Positions 1 to 8,741 of a DNA stretch of 64,000 nucleotides are shown here, one piece after another. This stretch comes from Desulfatiglandales bacterium. GTDB taxonomy: Bacteria > Desulfobacterota > DSM-4660 > Desulfatiglandales > HGW-15. Below the pieces are notes generated by a model, which was not told the origin of the DNA, made no database searches, and worked only from the letters and a program-made list of their open reading frames with translations. The stretch covers positions 3,552,001 through 3,616,000 of the forward strand of contig CAXXJJ010000004.1 in NCBI GenBank assembly GCA_963667015.2, given 5' to 3'. A program made the translations under genes and the position numbers. Position 1 is the first letter of the stretch; each line of letters starts with the position of its first letter.

Positions 1-533
1 CACAGGATTCCCTTAACAAAAACATACAGGATATAATAGCAGACAACGAATATAATCAATAAGGTCGTTTCCAAACCTGCCATTACATTATACCTGTGCC
101 AACTTTTGACAAGCCCCTTTACATGCTGCGGAACCTGTTCAAAGGGAACCTCGGTTATATTCCCTTCTGAAAAATCCAGATAATATTTGGCCCGGGCATG
201 CCATACAACAATTTCATTTTCGGAATCCTGATCAACCTGAACAGCACGGGCAAACCCACCGCCAAACATGTCTCTGTCAATTACTTCAGTTTTATTATAG
301 ATTTCTTTTTTTTCAGGGCCAACAACCTTAATCATTATGTGAAGCAGTTCTCCTTCCTCATGTTGATTAACCTGAACAGTAAATTGTTTTTCACCCTGGC
401 TCCAGACAAGCCCATCTGCCTCCAACATCTTTTTATCAATTTGATGCCTTTGATAGGAAAAGTACAACAACACCCCGAGGAGAAATAAAATGGGCCACAC
501 AATGAGAACTAATTTTATTTTTTTTCTGATCAC
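1..533 (-). CDS. Hypothetical membrane protein, partial (runs off window start)
   Basis: Manual translation from GTG at 533 with an AAGGA RBS: VIRKKIKLVLIVWPILFLLGVLLYF...LLIIFVVCYYILYVFVKGIL. Open to the edge with two hydrophobic segments. Not in the ORF track. Confidence 0.7.
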   Translation of the reverse strand, partial: MIRKKIKLVLIVWPILFLLGVLLYFSYQRHQIDKKMLEADGLVWSQGEKQFTVQVNQHEEGELLHIMIKVVGPEKKEIYNKTEVIDRDMFGGGFARAVQVDQDSENEIVVWHARAKYYLDFSEGNITEVPFEQVPQHVKGLVKSWHRYNVMAGLETTLLIIFVVCYYILYVFVKGIL

Positions 534-917
534 GAAATATTTTCCTTTCAATGGTAAGGCGGTGAGAATTTCAGACACAGTTAATCCAAGTTTGACTTTT
601 TCATAAAAGAAAGTAGGCTCCGCCGGGGCAAAATGGGATTAAATCTGTTTATTCGTCGCAGGCGACGAGGTATCAGACCTTGCGCTTCGCAATAAATATT
701 ATTATATCCGAAAAGAAATAATGAGTCAGGTTTAAGACTAATGGGTTGGAAAAGCAAGGAATTTTCAATTTATTGTTTAAATTAATTGAAAATTCAAAAA
801 TCCATATTCAAGATATCAAAACAAGTCTCCAGTTCATCATTTATGGTTCAGGGTTATAATGCGAAATAGCTTGCTGTTATCAGATAATTCCTGTATAAAG
901 CTCGGTTCCATACACGT

Positions 918-952
918 ACACCCCGGGATTTCGTCCCGGGGTGTTTTATTTT
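918..952 (+). terminator. Intrinsic terminator-like hairpin in the 5' leader of the ABC-F gene
   Basis: ACACCCCGGGA-TTTCG-TCCCGGGGTGT then TTTATTTT, between a TTGCTG-17-TATAAA promoter candidate (871-899) and the ATG at 970. Confidence 0.6.
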
Positions 953-969
953 ATAAGGGGAATTTGAAT

Positions 970-2586
970 ATGATAAATGTTACAAACGTCAGCCTTTCTT
1001 ATGGAAAGAAAGTGCTGTTCAAGGATGTTAATATAAAGTTTTTACCGGGGAACTGTTATGGACTGATCGGCGCCAACGGGGCCGGGAAATCCACCTTTTT
1101 AAAGATCATTTCAGGTGAAGTTGAGCAGGACAAGGGTGAAGTTACCTTCGGACCTGATGAAAGAATCTCTGTTTTAAGCCAGGACCAGTTTGCCTTTGAT
1201 AACGAGACGGTAATCAACACCGTTATGATGGGGCATAAAAGGCTGTTCACCCTGATGGCAGAGCGCGAAAAATTATATGCAAAGCCCGAACTGACGGATG
1301 AAGAAGGCATACTCTGCGGAGAGATTGAATGTGAATTCGGAGAGATGAATGGCTATGAGGCAGAAGCGGAGGCCGCTGTTCTTCTCAAGGGGCTCGGTGT
1401 TCCGGAGTCGTTCCTGCAGAAAAGGATGAAGGATCTCCTGGCCGGAGACAAGGTTCGCGTTCTCCTTGCCCAGGCGCTTTTCGGCAACCCGGATGTGCTG
1501 CTGCTGGATGAGCCCACCAACAACCTGGATCTCAAATGTATCGCATGGCTGGAGGAATTTTTGTGCGAGTTTCAGAATACCGTCATAGTCATATCCCATG
1601 ACCGTCACTTTTTAAACCAGGTCTGTACCCATACTGCGGATATAGATTTCGGGGCGATCCGGGTATATGCGGGTAATTACGATTTCTGGTGTGAATCAAG
1701 CCAGCTGCTGCTTAAACAGAAACAGAACGAGAATAAAAAGAACCAGAAAAAGGCGGATGAACTTAAAGAGTTTATCCGCAGGTTCAGCGCCAACGCGTCC
1801 AAATCAAAACAGGCCACTGCCAGGAAAAAGGTGCTGGATTCGCTCTCCATAGAACATATGCCGATTTCATCAAGAAAATATCCCTACATCAAATTCCAGC
1901 CGGAACGGCCCTGCGGCAATATTATACTTGAGATAAAAGGGCTTTCAAAGGATGTGGACGGGGTCAGGGTCCTGAACAATATCGATCTCACTGTTCACAA
2001 CGGGGACAAGATCGCCTTTGTCGGGAGTGATAATCATGCAAAAACAACCCTTTTCAGTATACTGGCAGGTGAAATGGAACCGGACAGCGGCAGTGTTGAC
2101 TGGGGAGTTACAATCACGCCGGCATATATGCCCATAGAAAACAGCGCCTTTTTTGACAACGATATGAATCTTGTTGACTGGATCTGCCAGTTTAATGCCT
2201 GTGATGACGAAAGCTTTGCAAGGGGATTTCTGGGAAGGATGCTTTTTAAAGGAGATGAGGTACTGAAAAAAACCAATGTTCTCTCGGGAGGAGAAAAGGT
2301 CCGCTGCATGCTCTCCAGGCTGATGCTCAGCGGGGCCAATGTTCTTATCATGGACGAACCGACAAACCACCTTGATCTTGAATCGCTTACTTCCTTAAAC
2401 AACGGGCTGGAGGCATTTACAGAAGTCCTGCTGTTTTCATCCCGCGACCGCCAGCTTGTGTCTACAGTTGCCAACCGGATCGTCGAGATTACCCCCGAAG
2501 GTATTGTAGACAACCCAACGGGGTATGATGAATATCTTGAAAATGAAGAAAGCCTTAAAGAGTGGATTAAGCTTGCGGCAGCATGA
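970..2586 (+). CDS. ABC-F family ATPase (YbiT/YkpA-like, ribosome-associated)
   Basis: Two ABC domains (GANGAGKS, LLLDEPTNNLD; LSGGEK, IMDEPTNHLD), interdomain linker, no TM segments. Likely start MINVTNV at 970. Confidence 0.92.
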   Translation: MINVTNVSLSYGKKVLFKDVNIKFLPGNCYGLIGANGAGKSTFLKIISGEVEQDKGEVTFGPDERISVLSQDQFAFDNETVINTVMMGHKRLFTLMAEREKLYAKPELTDEEGILCGEIECEFGEMNGYEAEAEAAVLLKGLGVPESFLQKRMKDLLAGDKVRVLLAQALFGNPDVLLLDEPTNNLDLKCIAWLEEFLCEFQNTVIVISHDRHFLNQVCTHTADIDFGAIRVYAGNYDFWCESSQLLLKQKQNENKKNQKKADELKEFIRRFSANASKSKQATARKKVLDSLSIEHMPISSRKYPYIKFQPERPCGNIILEIKGLSKDVDGVRVLNNIDLTVHNGDKIAFVGSDNHAKTTLFSILAGEMEPDSGSVDWGVTITPAYMPIENSAFFDNDMNLVDWICQFNACDDESFARGFLGRMLFKGDEVLKKTNVLSGGEKVRCMLSRLMLSGANVLIMDEPTNHLDLESLTSLNNGLEAFTEVLLFSSRDRQLVSTVANRIVEITPEGIVDNPTGYDEYLENEESLKEWIKLAAA

Positions 2587-2679
2587 TGATGTTTTTGCAT
2601 GATGTCGATTATAGTAGAGACGAATTTAACCGGGCAAAAAAGTGCTCAATACACAATCATCTTGATAGTAAGATCTTTA

Positions 2680-2802
2680 ATGAATAAGGATGAGCAGCAG
2701 TTAAAATCGCTTATTTCAAAATAAGAAGGGATTGATCTGAAATTTAAATCCTGCCGCAATCAGATTAATAATGATTTTATCATAAATGTGCTGGAGGTTT
2801 AA
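2680..2802 (+). pseudogene. Remnant of an AlbA_2/Schlafen-like domain gene
   Basis: MNKDEQQLKSLISK*EGIDLKFKSCRNQINND resembles the LI..GE...lEFK start of AlbA_2 proteins, with an in-frame TAA. Confidence 0.5.
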
Positions 2803-3046
2803 AAACCTTCAGCAGATATACTAAAAATTGTTTATTCTGAAGAAGGCACCCAGCAAGTAACAAGTAACCCAACAAGTGCTGACCCTCTGTTTTTTTATTT
2901 GGTCGAAATGACAGGGGAATGGATTCAAGATTTGGAAAAAGCAGGCTTCTGGTTCAGCGTTTCCGGTTCAAGGTTATAAGGCCGAATTCCATATATACAT
3001 CCGGGATACCTAGACTTACATATTATTTTATGGCAATATACTCTTC

Positions 3047-3481
3047 ATGAAAATATATCTGGATAATTGCTGCTTTAATCGACCATTTGATGATCAGTCT
3101 CAACTTAGAATTAGACTTGAGTCAGAGGCAAAACTAAAAATTCAGGAAGAAATTCAAACAGGAAATATCGAGTTAATTTGGTCTTATATCCTGGACTATG
3201 AGAATGATAAAAATCCTTTTGCTGAAAGAAAATATAGAATATCGGAGTGGAAAAAATATGCAATTGAAGATGTAAAAGGAAGTAATGAGCTTATAGAGGT
3301 AGCCGCGTCTTTAAATAAAAAAGGTTTTCCCAAAATCGATTCATTACATTTAGCCTGTGCAATTAATTCAAAATGTGAATATTTTCTAACAACAGATGAC
3401 AAAATACTAAAACTGTCAATTACAGTTAAAGATATAAATATTAATGATCCGATTGGTTTCATTAAGGAGGTATTATCATGA
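3047..3481 (+). CDS. PIN-domain (VapC-like) toxin
   Basis: MKIYLDNCCFNRPFDDQ...DSLHLACA...FLTTDD acidic PIN motifs. Confidence 0.88.
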   Translation: MKIYLDNCCFNRPFDDQSQLRIRLESEAKLKIQEEIQTGNIELIWSYILDYENDKNPFAERKYRISEWKKYAIEDVKGSNELIEVAASLNKKGFPKIDSLHLACAINSKCEYFLTTDDKILKLSITVKDININDPIGFIKEVLS

Positions 3482-3702
3482 TTACTGATACAGAGATCAG
3501 GCTAAAAGGCTTAAAAATCCTGGCTAAATACCTTGGTGATGTTGAGGCCGAAAGATTTATTGCCCTTATTCAGCGAGAGCCGTTTGATTATACAAAATGG
3601 CGACAAGATATAGATGAGGAATTTACAATAGAAGAAATCAGTAACAAGGCAATGAAGCTGAGAATGAAAAATACAGACCAGAGTGATGAAGTGAAGGCAT
3701 AA
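3478..3702 (+). CDS. Putative antitoxin partner of the PIN toxin
   Basis: 74 aa, ATGA overlap with the PIN stop, EAERFIALI..EPFDYTKWR pattern. Confidence 0.75.
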   Translation: MITDTEIRLKGLKILAKYLGDVEAERFIALIQREPFDYTKWRQDIDEEFTIEEISNKAMKLRMKNTDQSDEVKA

Positions 3703-3780
3703 GATTGCTATATCGGTATTTGCATTTATCCGAGAGTAAACTCGGAAATCCTTTCATTTTAAAATTGTTTATTTCTGTTT

Positions 3781-3855
3781 TCTGACTGATCTCTGTCCTC
3801 TGTTTTTTTGCTTTCCCTAACAGCCTTCAGGCTAAAACGCTTCAGCCTGCTTTTA
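3781..3855. repeat. Dispersed repeat; inverted copy at 16911-16983
   Basis: Reverse complement of CCCTAACAGCCTTCAGGCTAAAACGCTTCAGCCTG matches 16916-16950 at 33/35. Both copies have adjacent TCTG/CAGA short repeats. Confidence 0.8.
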
Positions 3856-4257
3856 ATAATGTTGAATCTTGAACCTTGAATTTGTTTTACTGCTGAGCTC
3901 TATCTTTTCTTTCTTGAATTTATTACAAAAAAACCTTAAATATTAAGCCAGTGAAATTCATTTTAATGACAGCAAAGCGGATTTCATCAGGCTAAAACGT
4001 TTCTTTTCGGGTATAGTGATTTACTGTCTTACAAGTCTTTCAAAATAAATTATTACCAGTTTTAAAATAAAAACTATTATCCTATTTTAACAAGAGAGGA
4101 AAATGATATTTGATTATTTAAGGACGTCCCCCTTTACGTCCCCCTTTATTGAGAAAAAATAGCGTCACCAGTTCTGCACGAATGTTTAATTTTTCGATTT
4201 GCATTATCACTATATCTTTACATTAAAGCCATATCAGGCCATTATATTACATATAGC

Positions 4258-4297
4258 GTCAAGTTATCTTGACATTTATGCCGTTTAAAGCTATCTT
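4258..4297 (+). promoter_or_regulatory. Sigma70-like promoter with an overlapping palindromic operator
   Basis: TTGACA(4269)-17 bp-TATCTT(4292). Palindrome GTCAAG-TTAT-CTTGAC covers the -35, upstream of the XRE gene. Confidence 0.6.
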
Positions 4298-4347
4298 ATT
4301 AGGCATGCGTCAGATATTTAAAGACACTATAACGATGGGGAGGGGCA

Positions 4348-5451
4348 ATGGAATGGTTAGGCGCAAAAATAAAGGTTTTGATAAAGGAAAATAATCTCTC
4401 CATTATCAAATTAGCAGAACTGGCAGGAGTTTCCAGGCAGACTGTAAATGACTGGATCAATGGACAGGTCCCGAAGGGCAATCATTTAATCTTTCTATGC
4501 AAAACATTTAATGTTAATCCTGATTACCTGTTTTCTCAGGATTTCAGCGGGTCAGTCACTGTACCGGTTCACAGGACAAGAAAGAGCGCAAAAGTTACTC
4601 CTGATATGCAGAAGGATGCACTGGAGTTAGCTATGGAGTATGACCTCTTATTCAGGAATGCTCCTGAGCCCGGAATTCTTCCTGTGATGAGAGGGCAGAG
4701 CAGATCTGAAGATACTGCAAAAAAAGTTGCAAGAGATCTCAGGGGAAAGGCATGTGCGAATAATGACCTGCCGCCGGATTATATCAACACATTCACATTA
4801 ATGAAAAATCTTGGCATAAAAATCATTTTCAGGGACTTCCCCGCTAAGGTTAAGGCATATGCCTTTTACACAAAAATTCACGATCACAGAGTAGTCTTTG
4901 TCAACAATGCTACAAATGTGCTTGATCTGATTTTTCCTCTTTTACATGAAGCCGTCCATGCAATACGTGATGAACTTAGCATCAATGACGGCTTTGATGA
5001 AGCTGAAGAAGAATTTTGTGACATGGTTGCAAATCATGTCCAGTTCCCGGACGAATACATAAAGATGGTTTACGAAATGATAAAAGATCTGGATATCCCC
5101 ATTCAAATTAATAAACTTAAAACCTTCGGGGCAAACTATTCTCATGCATTGTATGGCGTCATTAAAAGAATTCAATCAATTGATCCGAAATTTGAACTTA
5201 AAGTCGGCGGGGCTGACACCAATTTAAAAAAGAAATTCCCGACTATCGGAGAAATACTCTACAGACAGAATGAACCCAGAGAATATGTTAATACCATCAA
5301 AGAACTGAGTCCTCTTTTTACAAAGGTTATTCTCGACCAGATTGATACACTGACCACCAGAAAACTTGGTGAACTGCTTGGAATTGAAAATATAATGGAT
5401 GTAAAGAATGTTAAAGATGAATTCATAAGGTTAAAAGGCACACTCTCCTGA
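4348..5451 (+). CDS. XRE-family HTH fused to an ImmA/IrrE (M78) metallopeptidase
   Basis: HTH LAELAGVSRQTVNDWING; HExxH motif LLHEAVH followed by EEEFCDMVA. Confidence 0.88.
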   Translation: MEWLGAKIKVLIKENNLSIIKLAELAGVSRQTVNDWINGQVPKGNHLIFLCKTFNVNPDYLFSQDFSGSVTVPVHRTRKSAKVTPDMQKDALELAMEYDLLFRNAPEPGILPVMRGQSRSEDTAKKVARDLRGKACANNDLPPDYINTFTLMKNLGIKIIFRDFPAKVKAYAFYTKIHDHRVVFVNNATNVLDLIFPLLHEAVHAIRDELSINDGFDEAEEEFCDMVANHVQFPDEYIKMVYEMIKDLDIPIQINKLKTFGANYSHALYGVIKRIQSIDPKFELKVGGADTNLKKKFPTIGEILYRQNEPREYVNTIKELSPLFTKVILDQIDTLTTRKLGELLGIENIMDVKNVKDEFIRLKGTLS

Positions 5452-5452
5452 C

Positions 5453-5500
5453 ATGAATATTCTCTGCGACACATGCAGTGTATTAATGCTGGTCCGATGA
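5453..5500 (+). pseudogene. Truncated N-terminus of a probable PIN-like partner of the XRE-peptidase
   Basis: MNILCDTCSVLMLVR* starts 1 nt after the upstream stop and matches a PIN first strand (hhhDT). Confidence 0.45.
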
Positions 5501-5736
5501 GCATATAAAATCATTAAGAATATATACTTCCCCATTATATTAAATATTTATGCTTTCTTTATGTTCAATTTAATTCCTTGAAATATTTTTTATGAAATAG
5601 TAATCATAAAGGCTACACATCTTTTGAAATCAGTATTAAAACTAATTTAACGAGTATAAAGCATAGTTATTGGCATTCTTTGATTAATAACAGGTTTAAC
5701 AAGTCGTTTTTTAACTCACATCATTCAATGAAATAA

Positions 5737-5790
5737 TTAACATACAATGTTAACTATTTCATTGACATTATCACGATATGTTAATATATT
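5737..5790 (+). promoter_or_regulatory. Putative HigA operator and promoter
   Basis: Palindrome TTAACAT-ACA-ATGTTAA (5737-5753); TTGACA(5762)-17-TATATT(5785). Confidence 0.5.
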
Positions 5791-6113
5791 TTAAAACAAA
5801 AAAGCTGCAAAAAATCTGTAGCATAAAGAGCGAAGCCATTAAAAAATTGAATGCCAAAATGGCTCAAAAATTACAACAACGCATGATGGAGTTGAGTGCG
5901 GCGGATTCCCTGGCTGATGTATCTACGCTAAGACCAACTCGATGTCATCCATTAAAGGGCAACCGATCCGGGCAATTCTCAGTTGATCTTGATCATCCTT
6001 TTCGATTGATTTTCATTCCTGCAACAGATGTGATAACGGAAAAAAATAGCGCTATGCTGGATTTATCACAGATTGATGCAATTGAAATAATAGATATTTT
6101 AGACACTCATTAA
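5778..6113 (+). CDS. higB: HigB/RelE-family toxin
   Basis: FKTKKLQKIC...RCHPLKGNRSGQFSVDLDHPFRLIF; toxin-first order upstream of a HigA-like gene. Confidence 0.85.
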   Translation: MLIYFKTKKLQKICSIKSEAIKKLNAKMAQKLQQRMMELSAADSLADVSTLRPTRCHPLKGNRSGQFSVDLDHPFRLIFIPATDVITEKNSAMLDLSQIDAIEIIDILDTH

Positions 6114-6124
6114 GGAGGGAAACC

Positions 6125-7207
6125 ATGTTGAAATCAGAAAAAAAATTAGGCTTCGAACCTGATTATGCCGTTCCTCCGGGAGTCACACTAAAAGAAGTTA
6201 TGGAATCTCTGGATATGACTCAAAAAGATCTGGCGATTCGAACGGGCGTCACAGTACAAACGCTCAACCGGATATTTAAGGGTGAACAGCCTATTTCATA
6301 CGAAACTTCCAATAAGCTCGAAATGGCGACCGGCGTACCTTCCCGAATGTGGAATAATCTTGAAGCCCAGTATCGGGAGCAACTGGCAAAACTCAAAGAA
6401 TTGAAACAGCTTGAATCAGATCTGGGCTGGCTAAATGATATTCCAGTAAAAGAGCTGGTAAACCGGAATGCAATCGTTTCCAAAAATGACGAGACTTCCC
6501 TGTTAAGAGAGACCCTGAAGTTTTTTGGTGTAAGCAGTGTGTCTGCATGGCATGACATCTGGTCAAAACCGGCAGTAGCTGCAAGACGCTCCCAGTGTTT
6601 TGAAACACGTCCCGGAGCAGCGGCTACATGGATAAGGCTGGGAGAGATTGAGGCCCAAAAAATCGACTGCCGGGAATATAACAGGAAAAAATTCTATAAA
6701 GTTCTGGAAACAATAAAAACACTTACACTTAAAAAGCCTGAAGAATATGTCCCAGAAATGGTTTCATTATGTGCAGAGGCAGGTGTCGCAGTCTCACTGG
6801 TTCCTGAAATAAAAAAAGTTCCCTGGCATGGCGCTACAAAATGGATAACAGCCACAAAGGCGCTGATATTGCTTAACCTCAGGGGCAAGGCAGAAGATCA
6901 GTTCTGGTTTTCATTTTTTCACGAAGCAGGTCATGTTCTTAACGACAGTAAAAAAGATCTCCATATTAATGATGGAAAAGAAGATGATCCGAGTGAGAAA
7001 AAAGCAAATGCATTTGCTGCAGAATTTCTAATACCATCAGAATACGACCCTGATATTAAGTGTTTCAGATCTAAAGCGGACATTATTGCACTTGCCAGTA
7101 AACTACATATCGCACCGGGTATTGTTGCCGGAAGATACCAGCGCCTGACAAAAAAATGGAGCTACTTTAAGGATCTTATTCGTCCTCTTCGATGGGGAAG
7201 TGATTGA
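6125..7207 (+). CDS. higA: HigA-family antitoxin fused to an ImmA/IrrE metallopeptidase
   Basis: AVPPGVTLKE...MTQKDLA...WNNLEAQY HigA HTH; FWFSFFHEAGHVL and EKKANAFAAEFL peptidase motifs. Confidence 0.88.
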   Translation: MLKSEKKLGFEPDYAVPPGVTLKEVMESLDMTQKDLAIRTGVTVQTLNRIFKGEQPISYETSNKLEMATGVPSRMWNNLEAQYREQLAKLKELKQLESDLGWLNDIPVKELVNRNAIVSKNDETSLLRETLKFFGVSSVSAWHDIWSKPAVAARRSQCFETRPGAAATWIRLGEIEAQKIDCREYNRKKFYKVLETIKTLTLKKPEEYVPEMVSLCAEAGVAVSLVPEIKKVPWHGATKWITATKALILLNLRGKAEDQFWFSFFHEAGHVLNDSKKDLHINDGKEDDPSEKKANAFAAEFLIPSEYDPDIKCFRSKADIIALASKLHIAPGIVAGRYQRLTKKWSYFKDLIRPLRWGSD

Positions 7208-7236
7208 TGTAAATAATTTCCAGAGAAAATATAAAT

Positions 7237-8706
7237 ATGGCAACTTCAACGCTAAGCAAAACCTCCATTCTTCTGGGCATTCAATGCCCAAAGGCTTTGT
7301 ACCTCTCAAAAAATCCTCCACCTGTTGAAATTCCGCCTGATCTAGGTCAGGAAGCTACATTTCAAATGGGCCGTGAAGTTGGAATGCTTGCCCGACAGCT
7401 TTTCCCAGGAGGCACTGAAGTCCTGTTTTCAAATGTTTCATTATCTGATCAGGTGTCCAAAACAAAAGAGCTCATTGATGCAGGGGCTGATATTATCTAT
7501 GAGGCAGCCTTTGCATTCGATGATATTTTTATAAAAGCGGATATTCTTGTGCGTTCGGGTAATGCATGGGAAATCAATGAAGTAAAAATGTCCACATCCA
7601 TAAAAGATCCTAATTATGATGATACTGCAATTCAGTATTATGTTGTCTTAAATTCCTGCCTGCCAGTCTCCAAAGTTAATCTTATCCATATAAATAACAA
7701 GTATGAACGTCATGGAGATATTGATGTGCAGCAGTTGTTTGTGAGCGAGGATGTAACAGAGCAGGTATTAGCAAAACAAAAGAACCTGCCAAAACTAATT
7801 TTAGAATTACGTGAAATGCTTCAGGGAGAAGAACCGGACATTGATATTGATCGATACTGCTCAAACCCTTATCCCTGTGAATTTGAATCTTACTGCTGGC
7901 AGCATATACCGGAAGATTCAATATTCTCTCTCAAGGGTAAAGGCATAAACAAGTTTGACTATTACAAACAGGGGATAATAAAACTTGAGGACCTGCCTCT
8001 GGATAAACTGAACGATGCACAGAGGTTCCAAACCCTCTCCACGCTTAACAAAGAGGATTCAATAAATACTGAATCTGTAAAGGCGTTTCTTGAAACACTC
8101 TGGTATCCAATCTGTCACCTTGATTTTGAGACATTTGATACTCCCATACCTCCATTTGACGACACACGGCCATACCAGAAAATTCCATTTCAATATTCAC
8201 TGCATATCCAGCAAGAGGAAGGTGCTGAAGCAACCCATTTTGAGTACCTGGCAGAACCCTGCAAAGATCCACGTAGAGAACTTACTGAAAAGCTGCTTTC
8301 AGAAATACCGGAAGATGCATGTGTTCTGACTTATAACCAGACATTTGAAAAAGGAGTTTTAAAAGATTTGGCAACAGCCTTTCCTGACCTTGCTGACGAT
8401 ATAAACAAACGGATAGACAATATTCGTGACCTGATGGTGCCTTTTAGAAAACGGGATGTTTACCGCTGGCAGATGCGTGGTTCATATTCCATAAAAGAAG
8501 TACTACCGGCCATGGTTCCTGAACTATCATATAAAGAATTAGAAGTTTCTGATGGTATGATGGCAATGAGAGTTTTTCATGAGATGTGTAATATCAATGA
8601 TCCTTTAAAACTTAATGAATTACGTCAAGGGTTGCTGGAATATTGCAAATTGGATACTTTGGCAATGGTGAAAATACTCGAATATTTATATAGCATTCGT
8701 AATTAA
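7237..8706 (+). CDS. DUF2779 protein: Cas4-like PD-(D/E)XK nuclease plus DEDD/RNase H-like exonuclease domain
   Basis: LSKTSILLGIQCPK, KADILV...INEVK, Cys cluster CSNPYPCEFESYC; C-terminal HLDFET, YNQTFE, DL, YCKLD. Confidence 0.85.
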   Translation: MATSTLSKTSILLGIQCPKALYLSKNPPPVEIPPDLGQEATFQMGREVGMLARQLFPGGTEVLFSNVSLSDQVSKTKELIDAGADIIYEAAFAFDDIFIKADILVRSGNAWEINEVKMSTSIKDPNYDDTAIQYYVVLNSCLPVSKVNLIHINNKYERHGDIDVQQLFVSEDVTEQVLAKQKNLPKLILELREMLQGEEPDIDIDRYCSNPYPCEFESYCWQHIPEDSIFSLKGKGINKFDYYKQGIIKLEDLPLDKLNDAQRFQTLSTLNKEDSINTESVKAFLETLWYPICHLDFETFDTPIPPFDDTRPYQKIPFQYSLHIQQEEGAEATHFEYLAEPCKDPRRELTEKLLSEIPEDACVLTYNQTFEKGVLKDLATAFPDLADDINKRIDNIRDLMVPFRKRDVYRWQMRGSYSIKEVLPAMVPELSYKELEVSDGMMAMRVFHEMCNINDPLKLNELRQGLLEYCKLDTLAMVKILEYLYSIRN

Positions 8707-8741
8707 AGTAATTCTTAATTTATTCTTATTAGGAGAAAGAA

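Noticed and set aside
198..488. 96-aa plus-strand ORF
   Set aside because: Shadow of a more protein-like minus-strand gene (533 to <1) that has an RBS.
859..969. N-terminal extension of the ABC-F ORF
   Set aside because: Covers the promoter and hairpin; family similarity starts at Met 970.
7237..8706. Cas4 as part of a CRISPR system
   Set aside because: No cas1/cas2 or array; the exonuclease fusion matches DUF2779.
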